DNA of 64,000 nucleotides from Gemmatimonadales bacterium (GTDB lineage Bacteria; Gemmatimonadota; Gemmatimonadetes; Gemmatimonadales; GWC2-71-9): NCBI GenBank assembly GCA_965249575.1, contig OZ252244.1, positions 2,048,001 to 2,112,000 of the forward strand, read 5' to 3'. Shown piece by piece: positions 17,659 to 27,544 of this stretch (position 1 is its first letter; each line of letters starts with the position of its first letter). The notes under the pieces were generated by a model. It saw only the letters and a program-made list of their open reading frames with translations, ran no database searches and was not told where the DNA came from. The position numbers and the translations under genes were made by a program.

Positions 17659-19185
17659 TCAGTCTGGCAATTTGAGCGCGATGTGCTTGGCCTTGAGCAT
17701 TGACTCGAACCCGGCCTTGTCCACCGCTTTCATATAGGCTTCGGCGGGGTCAACGACTCGTTTATCGACTAGTTCCATGAGGGAGTCGTTGAGGGTAGAC
17801 ATGCCGATCTTCTTGTTGGTTTGAAGGGTGGACGGGAGTTGGTGCGTTTTGCCTTCCCTGATGAGGTTCGACACCGCGCCAATCGAGAGAAGGATCTCAC
17901 GTGCGGGCACCCGGCCGCCTCCCGTCTTCTTCAACAGCACCTGCGCGATCACCCCCTTGAGCGATTCAGATAGCATGACGCGGATCTGGGCCTGCCGGTC
18001 GGCGGGGAACTGGTCGATGATCCGATCGACGGTGCTGACGGCCGTCGTTGTGTGGCGCGTTCCGAAGACGAGGTGACCGGTCTCCGCGGTCTCGATGGCG
18101 ATCGAGACCGTCTCCAGGTCCCGCATCTCCCCGATCAGAATGATGTCCGGGTCTTCTCTAAGCGCCGCGCGCAACGCGCGCTTGAACGACTGCGTGTGGC
18201 TTCCGACCTGACGCTGCGTGACGACGCATTTCTTGTTTTGATGGACGAACTCGATTGGGTCCTCGATGGTGATGATGTGATCCGTCCGGGTGCGATTGAT
18301 CAGGTCGATCATCGCTGCAAGGGTGGTCGACTTGCCGCTGCCCGTTGGACCGGTCACCACAACGAGGCCCTTGGTGAGATAGCAGAGCTTCTGAACTTCG
18401 GGAGACAGGTTGAGATCGTCTGCCGTGAGAATGTCGGTCGGTATGACCCGAAATACGGCGGCCGGGCCCATGCGGTCACGCAAGGCGTTTACTCGAAACC
18501 GCGCGACATCGACGATCTCGTATGCGAAGTCGGTGTCGTTGGTCTCGGCGAACTCCGACCGGTTCCGCTCCGGCATGATCGAGACGATCATCGACTCGAT
18601 GTCTTCCCGGCTCAGGGTGGATTCCCCCTCCTGTCGAATCAGCTCGCCGTGGGTGCGGTACATGGGTGGAAGCCCAACGCGCATGTGGAGGTCGGAGGAG
18701 CTCGAATCCACAAGGCGGCGGAGCAGATCCTGCACACGCTCTTCGGCCTGTGCCGCGTCGCCCGCCCGCTGCGGGCTGGGCGGATCTGCGGTTGTCGTCG
18801 ACGGGTGGCTCGCGGTCTGCGCCGGCGCGTCCATCAACAGCGCTTCGGCCGGCCGCGAAATCGGAGCCGTCGAGCGTCGCGGTTTTGCCGGTGAGAGCAT
18901 GGCGCTTACCTGTTGACCCGATCGATCCGTCTCGACGTCAACGCGGTTGCCGTTGGCGATGTATCCGAAGGCGAGCCGGCCGTCTTCACCCTCGAACTGC
19001 TGGTGCATCCCCTCCGGCATGATTTCCTTGATGAGGGCCATGACCTTGCCGGGGGGAATCGGCTCCCGCGTTGCCGGGCGCGCCGCTCCGTTCACCTCGA
19101 GGGTGACCGGCTGGTTCGACGCAAGGCGAACCGCCGTGCCGTCCTTCTCGAACATGAGCTGGATGAATCGATCGAGTGTCGCCAT
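17659..19185 (-). CDS. pilT: Type IV pilus retraction ATPase PilT with N-terminal extension
   Basis: SSDLH, GLVVVTGPTGSGKSTT, TIEDPIE, ALREDPDIILIGEMRD, AETGHLVFGT. Confidence 0.93.
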   Translation of the reverse strand: MATLDRFIQLMFEKDGTAVRLASNQPVTLEVNGAARPATREPIPPGKVMALIKEIMPEGMHQQFEGEDGRLAFGYIANGNRVDVETDRSGQQVSAMLSPAKPRRSTAPISRPAEALLMDAPAQTASHPSTTTADPPSPQRAGDAAQAEERVQDLLRRLVDSSSSDLHMRVGLPPMYRTHGELIRQEGESTLSREDIESMIVSIMPERNRSEFAETNDTDFAYEIVDVARFRVNALRDRMGPAAVFRVIPTDILTADDLNLSPEVQKLCYLTKGLVVVTGPTGSGKSTTLAAMIDLINRTRTDHIITIEDPIEFVHQNKKCVVTQRQVGSHTQSFKRALRAALREDPDIILIGEMRDLETVSIAIETAETGHLVFGTRHTTTAVSTVDRIIDQFPADRQAQIRVMLSESLKGVIAQVLLKKTGGGRVPAREILLSIGAVSNLIREGKTHQLPSTLQTNKKIGMSTLNDSLMELVDKRVVDPAEAYMKAVDKAGFESMLKAKHIALKLPD

Positions 19186-19358
19186 GTCGCCTGAATCTAA
19201 GAGTGTTCAGGATAGTCGGATAGAGCGTTTTGCCAGCAAAAGCAATGCCGGTGGTTGGGTTCGCACGCACCGCTCGGCTACCAACGTGCCCTGTGGGCGA
19301 GTGCGGCTCGATGGGCGATTTGGTAGGGTCGCCCGGGCGATCAGGGCCCGAGCGTCGG

Positions 19359-19950
19359 CTAGAGGTGCCGCCCGAGAGCAACCAGGGTCTCCGTCCCGCC
19401 GCTCGACGAGTACGTGATGATTCCTTCCCGGTCGACGAGATATACCAAGGGCGCGTGGGTGATCTCGCCAGTCGACGCGTTGCGTGCGCGCCCCACCGCC
19501 CACCGGTCGAGAGCGGCCGTGACTTCTTGCACCGACCGCTCAACGCATGGCCGTTCCGGCGGTCGAGCCCCCAGTGTCGGGCGGGCGTATCTCGCCACGA
19601 ATCGAGCGTGACCACCACGAGCACTGGGTCGAGATCGGCGAGGACCTCTTGTCGCGAACGGCCTCGCAGTGTGCGAATGCGAAAGTCACCATCGCGGGCC
19701 GGCCACGAAGATGGGCCAGCGTCAATGTATCGCCCCACTGATCGATCAGTCCGAGTTCGGGCGCCGGTCGAGACAGCCGCTCGGGTGCGCCAAGTCCAGG
19801 GGCTGCGCTGCGTTCGGACCTGGGGAGTGTGACCTGGCGGACGCGGTCGGCGGCGGCCCTCGCCCCCACGAGCCCGATCAGTCCCGCACCGGCAGGGCCA
19901 GCAGTCCGGGGGTGGCCCGTGTCATCGACCGCAGGGCCCCGCGCACGGCA
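19359..19950 (-). pseudogene. SCO1/SenC family copper chaperone, fragmented
   Basis: APELGLIDQWG..LRGRPAMVTFAFAHCEAV, VVVTLDSWRDTP, ITHAPLVYLVDREG across three frames; second Cys and the N terminus missing. Confidence 0.75.
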
Positions 19951-19959
19951 TCTCCCGCG

Positions 19960-20521
19960 ATCACAAGCGTGCGTTGGGTGCGGTATCTGCGCCGGTTCCT
20001 GCGCTCCCATGGGTGTTGGGCCGGTAGGGAGTAGCGGACGAGACCAGTTGGCGGCCGTCCGGGCCTTCGTCACCGGGGTACCGGAAGCTTCGAGAGACGT
20101 CGTTCTGGTAGCGTGTCGACGAGGCGCGGGCAATGCGGCCCGCGAGGAGGCGTTTGACGGGGCTCCGGTGCTCGGAGTCGAGTGCGCGGGCCACCTTCAC
20201 ACATCGGTGGTCGAGTATCTCGTCCGGAGTGGGTTCGGAGGCGTGCTCATCGGGGCGTGCCCGCCCAGGGGTTGCTGGAGCCAGGAAGGGCCGAAATGGT
20301 TGGAACAACGGCTCTACCACGACCGCGAGGCGGAGCTCCAGGCTCGAGTCGATCGCCGGCGGATACGCGTGATCCACGGCGCGGTGGGAGAACGGGATCG
20401 CGTGCGGCGCGCGCTCCGCGACTACCGAGCCGACGTCGAGCGACTGGCCGCGTTGGAAGCCGAGAGCGACATCGACGTGTTGGGGGTCTGTGAGGCTACC
20501 GGCGAGGAGGTTGCGTCGTGA
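19960..20521 (+). pseudogene. 5'-truncated 4Fe-4S ferredoxin / MvhD-like hydrogenase iron-sulfur subunit domain protein
   Basis: CVGCGICAGSC, then VAC, VECAG, GVLIGACPPRGC..EGPKW..RL; no credible start codon. Confidence 0.75.
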
Positions 20522-21039
20522 ACGTGGTTCGCGGCCTCCTCGGCGTCTTGCTCGCGCTCGGCACCACGATCGGTCTGGGCGCGCTGTCCCGGGCCCCGTA
20601 CGCGGCGCATTCCGCGGAGCAGGCCTTTGTGCGGTTGTCTTGGCGGTCAGCGGGCCGGTGGGTATCGGAGTGCCGCCCCCGCACGCAGGAAGAGGTCGCG
20701 CGCCTGCCGGTCCACATGAGGCGGGAAGAAGAGTGCGAACGCCGCCTACTGCCCCAGCACCTCGCCGTGAGACTCGACGGCGCGCCGGTGATCGCCGACA
20801 CCGTCCGGGCGGCGGGTGCGCTCGGGGATCGTCCGCTCTACGTCAACCGGGAGCTCAGGGTAGATCCGGGCACACACAGCCTCACCGTCGAGTTCCTTGG
20901 GGCGGGCGAGGTAGGTGACGCCAGTGCGTCGGCGGGGACCCGACTCGCCTTGGATACGGTGCTGACGCTGTCACCGCGGGAGATTACCGTGATCACCCTT
21001 TCACCCGACGGCACCGAGTTGGTCCTGATGGGACGCTGA
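20518..21039 (+). CDS. Hypothetical membrane-anchored protein
   Basis: N-terminal TM; CRPRTQEE..LPVHMRREEECERR; start overlaps the preceding stop (GTGA). Confidence 0.75.
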   Translation: MNVVRGLLGVLLALGTTIGLGALSRAPYAAHSAEQAFVRLSWRSAGRWVSECRPRTQEEVARLPVHMRREEECERRLLPQHLAVRLDGAPVIADTVRAAGALGDRPLYVNRELRVDPGTHSLTVEFLGAGEVGDASASAGTRLALDTVLTLSPREITVITLSPDGTELVLMGR

Positions 21040-21058
21040 TACCGATAGGCGGGCGACT

Positions 21059-21468
21059 CTACGCCGAGTGCGGCAGGCCGGTCGCGAGCTCCTCGATGGT
21101 CGTATTCTGAAGAAAATCCGTAACGTCGGTCAGGAGTCGTTTCCAAGGCTCGTGGGCCGCACACGCCGTTCGGTCGCTGCATTCTCGCGCGCCCAGCAAG
21201 CAGCGACGTGTGTCGAGGTCATCGAACGCGACGACCACCTGGAACAGGGAAAGCGTTGCAGATGGAACGGCTAGCTCGAAGCCGCCGAGTTTCCCCGCGT
21301 TGACGTGAGCACCCGAGCGCGGGCGAGCAGGTGTAATGTCTTCGATAAGTAATTCCGCGGGAGGTCGAGCGTCGCCGCCATGTCGTTGACGCGGACGGGT
21401 CCTTCACCTTCATTTTGGGCGATGGAAAGCACGGCACGGAGGGCATATCCCGCGGTACGGGAGATCAT
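21059..21468 (-). CDS. Rrf2 family Fe-S transcriptional regulator (1-nt frameshift near 21292)
   Basis: MISRTAGYALRAV..YLSKTL..LTSTRG, then in the shifted frame KLGGFEL..CLLGARECSDRTACAAHEPW; the shift lies in a G run. Confidence 0.88.
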
Positions 21469-21497
21469 GTCCGGCTCCAGAGAGAACCAAGTCGGGC

Positions 21498-21521
21498 AAT
21501 TCTCATGATAATATGAGGATT
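21498..21521. promoter_or_regulatory. AT-rich inverted repeat, putative Rrf2 operator
   Basis: AATTCTCAT-gataat-ATGAGGATT (9-bp arms, 1 mismatch), 30 bp upstream of the Rrf2 start. Confidence 0.55.
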
Positions 21522-21595
21522 AAGTGCTTGCTAGCCTGGGGTACTCCGGCCGACGTGCGGGAGCCACATCCGACCTTCATGCATAAACGACAGGG

Positions 21596-22156
21596 GTGCT
21601 CATGAGACGGTTTGAGGATGGTCTCGTTGGGATCTTGGCCGCGGTGGCCGTTCTTGCCCAGGCTCCAAGCGTCGCCGCGCAGCAGGCGGCGGGTGGGTGG
21701 CCGGAGGCTGATCCCTCGGATGTGGAGTCGATCGACGCGATCGTGAAGGCGACTTACGACGTGATTTCCGGAGGGATCGGCGAGCAGCGGAATTGGGATC
21801 GGTTCCGCTCGCTGTTCATTCCAGAAGCCAAGATCGTCTCATCGGGTCCAGCCGAGGGCAGCGGGTTCGGCTACCTGGTCTGGTCCATCGACGACTTCGT
21901 CAGCCGCGTCGACTCGAGCTTCATGGCGAACGGGTTCTTCGAGGTCGAGCTGACACGCAAGGTCGAGCGCTTCGGGCAAATCGCCCACCTGTTCAGCACA
22001 TATGGGTCGCGTCGCCTGCCAGACGACCCGGCGCCCTACCAGCGAGGTATCAACAGTTTTCAGCTGATGTGGGACGGGGATCGGTGGTGGATCATAAACA
22101 TCTTCTTCACGGGAGAGCGCGCGGACAATCCGATTCCAGAGACGTACCTGCCGTAA
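21596..22156 (+). CDS. Secreted NTF2-like fold protein
   Basis: Signal peptide; SIDAIVKATYDVISG..RNWDRFRSLF..FGQIAHLFSTY..RGINSFQL..RWWI. Confidence 0.85.
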   Translation: MLMRRFEDGLVGILAAVAVLAQAPSVAAQQAAGGWPEADPSDVESIDAIVKATYDVISGGIGEQRNWDRFRSLFIPEAKIVSSGPAEGSGFGYLVWSIDDFVSRVDSSFMANGFFEVELTRKVERFGQIAHLFSTYGSRRLPDDPAPYQRGINSFQLMWDGDRWWIINIFFTGERADNPIPETYLP

Positions 22157-22293
22157 GGCGTTTGACGGGTGCGGATGCTGTTACCCCGCAGACCCGGATC
22201 GTCGCGTTACGGCGTCGGCTCGCAATCCCGACTGCTTCACTAGGAAAAACGACTTGAGGATAGCTGTGGCGCGTGCGAGTTTTGCTAGCCTGT

Positions 22294-22364
<71 letters not shown>

Positions 22365-22366
22365 TG

Positions 22367-22390
22367 GCCGCCCGCCCTCCGGCGGGCGGC
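22367..22390 (+). terminator. GC-rich hairpin after the tRNA
   Basis: GCCGCCCGCC-ctcc-GGCGGGCGGC perfect 10-bp stem; no U tract. Confidence 0.45.
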
Positions 22391-22393
22391 GTC

Positions 22394-22578
22394 GGGTGCC
22401 GCGCGGCTGCGTCCCGGCCGCTCGTCGTGCGACTCGCGGCGACCGGAGCGACTCCGCCGAGACCTCTCCGACCGGAGCGGAATTTCACCTCCATCGCCAC
22501 ATCGGGTGGGTGCCGCCCGGCTCCCTCCCGGCCGCGCGTCATGCGACTCGCGTCGACGGGAGCGACTCCGCCTGAGAC
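22394..22578. repeat. Two ~70-bp imperfect direct repeats
   Basis: 22394-22463 and 22508-22578 differ by 7 substitutions and 1 indel. Confidence 0.85.
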
Positions 22579-22691
22579 TCTGAGACACCCCAACGAGCAC
22601 CCCCACCCCCATCACCGTCCCCGTGGGCCCGCGTGGAGATTGACCTCATTCCTGGAATGTGTTCAGAGGATTAGGGGGGCTATGCAGGCAG

Positions 22692-23234
22692 CTACACTGA
22701 ATCCAAACGCTGGAGCGTTCGTTCATGAAGGGCACGCAGCTCTGGTGGTGGCTCCGTCCCACTTTGAAGACACTTCTCAATCACCTGTCGATTGAGTTCC
22801 TCCTCCGATGTTCCGTACTCGGCGGCTCGTAACCTGAGCGCTCGGTACTCTTCCTTTCTGATGATCTTGTCGGCAGCAGCCATGTTGATTGACTCGTGAA
22901 GGACCTTTCTTCTTCCATGGTCGGAGAGAATCCCCAACCTGTCCACCATGCTCGAGGCCCTGTTTTCAACAAAGAGCTTTTCTGGCTCACTGAAGTTCTC
23001 GTCAATAGCAGCCATCAGGATTGCGGATTTGAGGATCTCTCTCTCAACGAGTACGCTATCGAGTTCCGAACTCGTCCACTCAAAGCCGCCGATCTTGATT
23101 GTCGCTGTGTCAAGTCGAGATGCGAGGGCGCTCACCGCCTTGTATAGCGGCTTGATGAACATGAGACAAAGGAGGAGCAACGTAATCGGCCACACGAGGG
23201 GCGTGATTAACTCGATGAAACCGGGGAAACTCAT
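22692..23234 (-). CDS. Membrane-anchored TerB-like domain protein, lower GC
   Basis: N-terminal TM; two TerB-type motifs LMAAIDENFSEPE and NMAAADKIIRKEE; AT-richer codons. Confidence 0.7.
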   Translation of the reverse strand: MSFPGFIELITPLVWPITLLLLCLMFIKPLYKAVSALASRLDTATIKIGGFEWTSSELDSVLVEREILKSAILMAAIDENFSEPEKLFVENRASSMVDRLGILSDHGRRKVLHESINMAAADKIIRKEEYRALRLRAAEYGTSEEELNRQVIEKCLQSGTEPPPELRALHERTLQRLDSV

Positions 23235-23481
23235 TCTTCAACTCCGTTAACCGATCGAAGGGTCGAGCACGGTGCGGGAAATCCCGCCTGGCAGCACCTG
23301 AAATGATGCAACTATTGAAGATGGAGCGGCGAGCTCTCGCAGCATCTGGCTAATGGGGGGCGGGGAAGACACGGCGCAATCGACGCTCTGAGGCCATTCT
23401 CCGCGAAAACGCTGGTAGGTCCCACCGCTCATCGGCGGCTTGCGCCCCGGGGATCCAATCCGCCCGGCACTTCATCCGACG

Positions 23482-23776
23482 TTACGGCAAGCTCGCCAGG
23501 ATCTTCCGATACTCGGTCTCGCCGAACGCACGCAGCGTTTCGCCCCGCACGTTACCCTGCGCACCGACCGACAGGATCAGTTTCGCCGCCGTCTGATCGT
23601 CGGGTGCATCCATGACGACCACGGCGTCATACGCTCCCATCGTCGAGTAAAACTCCTTGATCTCCCCACCCATCGATGCGAACGCCTTTTTGACTCCGTC
23701 GAGGCGTTTCGTGCCGTCCTTGATGTTCCGAATGCCCTGATCCGTGAATGTGGAGAAGCGAGATATACGTGGCCAT
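23482..23776 (-). CDS. GYD domain protein (1-nt frameshift near 23752)
   Basis: MATYISLL/TFTDQGIRNIK..YSTMGAYDAVVV..GNVRGETLRAF; GGAGGA RBS. Confidence 0.85.
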
Positions 23777-23965
23777 GTCGGGTCCTCCTTTTTCTGGAAT
23801 CTCCAAGTTGAACGGCGGGACGCGCGCGTGCCAGTGGGCCGCCAGGTGCGACGTCCACCGTAATGGCCACGCCTCTTTTGCGCGGTTAGCTTCTCCGAGC
23901 GCCTTACTCAATTTGAGGCGCGCGGGGGGAAGCATCACCGCGTTCTCGTCACTATTGGATGCTCG

Positions 23966-25213
23966 ATGACCGACGCCGCCGAACAAACGTCGCTGCTCAG
24001 GCGTTACCGCCAGCTATCGCTTGGCGCCAAGATTCTTCTGTTCATGATCGCGGGCGTTGCGGTGGGACTCTTGGCTGGGGAGCGCGCCGTCGTCGTGGAG
24101 CCGCTGGGCGATCTCTTCATCCGCCTGCTCATGATGGCGGTCATCCCGCTCGTGTTCTTCAACCTGCTCGCCGGCATTACGAGCCTCGACAATCCGAGCG
24201 CACTGGGCCGCGTTGGGGGGAAGATCATCGCGTACTACCTGGCCACCACGACCATGGCGCTCGTGTTGGGGCTCACGGTCATGCATCTCCTTCGGCCCGG
24301 TGATGGGATGTCACTGCGGGAGGAAGTCGATGCCGAGTTCGGGCACGTGCCCGAGATCACCGATGTGTTCCTGGGGTTGGTTCCCGAGAACGTCTTCCAG
24401 GCGTTCGCGGCGGGCCAGGTCGCACAGGTCGTCGTGTTCGCCATCTTCCTCGGCGTCGCCACGCTGTTCTTGCCCGACCAGGCCCGCCAGCCGCTGCAAC
24501 GAGGCTACGGCGTGCTCGCCGAGGCCTTTCGTAAGTTGGTCGGATTGGTTCTCCACTTCGCACCCATCGGTATCGGGGCACTCGCGGCAGCCACGGTAGG
24601 GCGTTACGGCTCCTCGATTTTCGGCCCGCTCGGTCTGTTCGTTGTCGGGGTGTGGACGGCGCAGGCCGCGATGGTGCTCGTCTACATGACGCTCTTGGTG
24701 GTTTTCACCCGGCGCTCGCCGCTGGGCTTCTTGAGGCGCACGGGTCCGCTCTATGCGACAACGGCCGCCACATGCTCCAGTTTGGCGAGCCTGGCGGTGG
24801 CGCTCGACATCGCAGACAATCGCCTGGAGCTGCCGCGCAGCATTTTCTCGTTCACGCTGCCGTTGGGCGCACAGCTCAACAAGGACGGGACGGCGGTCAT
24901 GCTCGCGGGGATTCTCCTGTTCACGGCGCAGGCAGCGGGCGTAGAGTTCTCGCTCGCGTCCCAAGTTGTGATCGTATTGATCGGGCTGATACTGTCCGAG
25001 GGTTCAGGCGGCATCCCCGGTGGCGGGCTGGTTATCGCCCTCATCTTCGTGCAGGCGTTCAACCTTCCGCTCGAGATAGCGGCCATCGTGGGCGGCATTT
25101 ACCGGCTGATCGACATGGGGAGCACGACCGTCAACTGCATGGGCGACATGGTTGGCACGGTTATCGTCGCCGGTTCGGAAACCAAGCAGGCCGTCGCGAC
25201 GGCCGGAGACTGA
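23966..25213 (+). CDS. Dicarboxylate/amino acid:cation symporter (DAACS)
   Basis: ATCSSLASL, FTLPLGAQLNKDG, RLIDMGSTTVNCMGD. Confidence 0.93.
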   Translation: MTDAAEQTSLLRRYRQLSLGAKILLFMIAGVAVGLLAGERAVVVEPLGDLFIRLLMMAVIPLVFFNLLAGITSLDNPSALGRVGGKIIAYYLATTTMALVLGLTVMHLLRPGDGMSLREEVDAEFGHVPEITDVFLGLVPENVFQAFAAGQVAQVVVFAIFLGVATLFLPDQARQPLQRGYGVLAEAFRKLVGLVLHFAPIGIGALAAATVGRYGSSIFGPLGLFVVGVWTAQAAMVLVYMTLLVVFTRRSPLGFLRRTGPLYATTAATCSSLASLAVALDIADNRLELPRSIFSFTLPLGAQLNKDGTAVMLAGILLFTAQAAGVEFSLASQVVIVLIGLILSEGSGGIPGGGLVIALIFVQAFNLPLEIAAIVGGIYRLIDMGSTTVNCMGDMVGTVIVAGSETKQAVATAGD

Positions 25214-25224
25214 GTTCGAGAATC

Positions 25225-26451
25225 ATGACGACCGGGCAGGAAATACGCGCGGATGCCCAGGCCTTTGCCGCCGTGCGTAAGCTATTCCCCGGGGCCGAGC
25301 GGAACATCTACATGAACGTCGCGGTTCGGGGGCTTTTGCCCACGCCCGTGCGAGCCGCGGTCGAGGAATACCTCGACCGGCACGTGGCCGGGGACATCGA
25401 CAAGCCGGCGATGTTCGCCACGGTGGAGCGCGCTCGGGAGCGGTTCGCGTCCATGGTCAACGCCACACCGGACGAGATCGCAATCGCCAAGAACTCTTCC
25501 GAAGCGCTGAACATGATCGCGGCCTCATTGCCATGGTCCCCGGGGGACAACCTCGTGTTGTGCCCGGAGCTCGAACATCCCAACAACGTGTATCCCTGGA
25601 TGAACGTTGGGGTGCGCTTCGGTGTCGACGTGCGGACCGTGGAGCCTGAGGACGGCCGGATCCCGATCGAGCGGATGATCGGCGCCATGGACGAACGCAC
25701 TCGCCTGGTCACCGTACCGACCGTCACGTTTTCCCCGGGCTTCGTGACGGCCGTGGAGCCGCTTGCGGCCGTGTGCCGTGAGCGCGGCGTGATCTCGGTC
25801 GTCGACGCGGCACAGTCCGTCGGAGTGCTCAATACGGATGTGAAGCAGATGGGCGTCGATGCACTGGCGGTCGCCACGCAGAAGGCGTTATGCGCGTTCT
25901 ACGGTATGGGCTTTCTCTTTTGCCGGAGGGACCTCGCGGATCAGATCACGCCCGCGTACTTGGCTCGCTTCGGAGTCGCGGTGGGGGCCGATGCCCACGA
26001 AACCGCCATGCATCAGGATGCCCTTCGCCTCGCCGACGGCGCCCGGCGGTTCGACCTGGGGAACTACAATTTCTTGGGGGCGACCGCGGCCAATTCGGCG
26101 CTCGGCCTCCTGCTCGATATCGGCACTCGAGACATCGAATCCCATGTCCGGTCGCTTTCGGCTCGGCTGGCGACGGGCCTGCTCGGCATTGGCCTACCGG
26201 TGGTTGGTGGCGAGCCCGGCCCCGACCTCGGTCATATCGTGGCTGTGGGAGTGAGCGGCGCCGGCCGGCACGACACCGTCGATGATCCCGAGATGAATAG
26301 CTTGTCCGAGTACTTGCTCGCTCACGGTGTGCGCTTCGCCATCAGGCGAGGCGTACTCCGGTTCTCGCTACACGTCTACAATAATCGGGGCGACGTCGAC
26401 GCGCTCCTAGCGCTGGCGGAGGAATGGCTGCGGTCGAGGTCTGCCCGCTGA
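25225..26451 (+). CDS. Class V PLP-dependent aminotransferase / desulfurase-like enzyme
   Basis: YMN, EHPNNVYPW, VVDAAQSVG, ATQK (PLP lysine), LRFSLHVYN. Confidence 0.9.
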   Translation: MTTGQEIRADAQAFAAVRKLFPGAERNIYMNVAVRGLLPTPVRAAVEEYLDRHVAGDIDKPAMFATVERARERFASMVNATPDEIAIAKNSSEALNMIAASLPWSPGDNLVLCPELEHPNNVYPWMNVGVRFGVDVRTVEPEDGRIPIERMIGAMDERTRLVTVPTVTFSPGFVTAVEPLAAVCRERGVISVVDAAQSVGVLNTDVKQMGVDALAVATQKALCAFYGMGFLFCRRDLADQITPAYLARFGVAVGADAHETAMHQDALRLADGARRFDLGNYNFLGATAANSALGLLLDIGTRDIESHVRSLSARLATGLLGIGLPVVGGEPGPDLGHIVAVGVSGAGRHDTVDDPEMNSLSEYLLAHGVRFAIRRGVLRFSLHVYNNRGDVDALLALAEEWLRSRSAR

Positions 26452-26492
26452 GCGTAGACAGTCGGCGCTTTACGATCGGTACCCCGGCGGAT

Positions 26493-26870
26493 TCACGCCA
26501 ATAGCGGCCCGGCGTAGAGCGTCCCGACGGTAACGAATATCACGAACAGAGCGATCGACACGGGTCGCTTCAGTCCGAAAAACACGATCTGCTCAGCGGC
26601 TCGAAGGTACCAGAACACGGCGATGAAGAGCAACAGCGACCTGCCGAGCGGGGTGGAGAGCATCGCGTCGGCATGCGCCAGCGATACGTAGGCGAACGCG
26701 ATGACCGCGAAGGTCAGGCTCAGGTTGGAGACGTGCACGATCGCGCGGTTGAGCGAAGTCAGTTTCGCGAGCTCAGTGCGCCAGCGGAACAGCTTCCAGA
26801 AAAACAAGTGGAACAGAGCGAAGGCGGCGCTGCACGCGCCACCGAGGAGAACAGCTGCCTCGGGCCGCAT
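26493..26870 (-). CDS. Hypothetical membrane protein
   Basis: Four hydrophobic helices; FHLFFWKLFRW, FWYLRAAEQ. Confidence 0.8.
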   Translation of the reverse strand: MRPEAAVLLGGACSAAFALFHLFFWKLFRWRTELAKLTSLNRAIVHVSNLSLTFAVIAFAYVSLAHADAMLSTPLGRSLLLFIAVFWYLRAAEQIVFFGLKRPVSIALFVIFVTVGTLYAGPLLA

Positions 26871-26991
26871 GTCCCGTCCTTTCTATCGAGAACGTGCCAA
26901 ATACCTGTCGCACCCGCGCGACGGGTGATGGTCCACCCGCAGCGCCTCTACGGCACTCGTTGCGGACATGCTGCATCAATCCGAAACGATG

Positions 26992-27015
26992 GAGCCCCGC
27001 CGGACGGCGGGGCTC
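26992..27015 (-). terminator. Hairpin downstream of the subtilase remnant
   Basis: GAGCCCCGCC / GGCGGGGCTC perfect 10-bp stem; weak U tract. Confidence 0.5.
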
Positions 27016-27054
27016 GAGGGTTCAGGCGAGCGCTTCCTAGGCCGCCAGCCCGGT

Positions 27055-27478
27055 CTAGAGCCCTCCCTTCTGCAGCAGCACGTTTGGCGTCCCGTACTGG
27101 TAGAACTGAAAGTCGTTGTCGGCAATCTTCCCATAGGCGGCTCGGGCGAAGAGCTTGTCGCGAACCGTCGGTGAGGGCAGATCTCCCAGTCGCTGCTTCA
27201 AGAGCGCGACGATCCCTGCGACGTGGGGCGACGCCTGGGACGTCCCGCTCGCGAACGCCAGTCCTCCACCCAACCAAGTGGACAGGATTAACGTGCCCGG
27301 TGCATACATATCGACGTAGCGGCCCCAGTTTGAAAAGGGCGCCTTGACGTCGACGTCGCCGGGCGCGGGGGCCGCTCCAGCCGAAGGCGAGGGGGGCAGT
27401 ACCAATATGTCGGATGCAGCCACCGTAAACGCGCCGAGCGCGCTAGCCGGCGAGTAGTCGCAGGGGGCCTTGTAAGTG
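27055..27478 (-). pseudogene. C-terminal remnant of an S8 subtilase (aqualysin/proteinase K-like)
   Basis: CDYSPAS..FTVAAS, FSNWGRYVDMYAPG, SGTSQASPHVAG; the catalytic Asp/His region is absent. Confidence 0.8.
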
Positions 27479-27544
27479 GTCCCGATCGCGGGCCGGTCCG
27501 GTCACGAAAGTCCCGTCCACCCACCACCCTCGGAGAGTAACGCG

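Noticed and set aside
22394..22578. CRISPR array
   Set aside because: Only two ~70-bp divergent copies and no cas genes in the window.
24652..25224. N-terminal extension of the 599-aa ORF
   Set aside because: Overlaps the DAACS transporter in another frame; the real start is ATG 25225.
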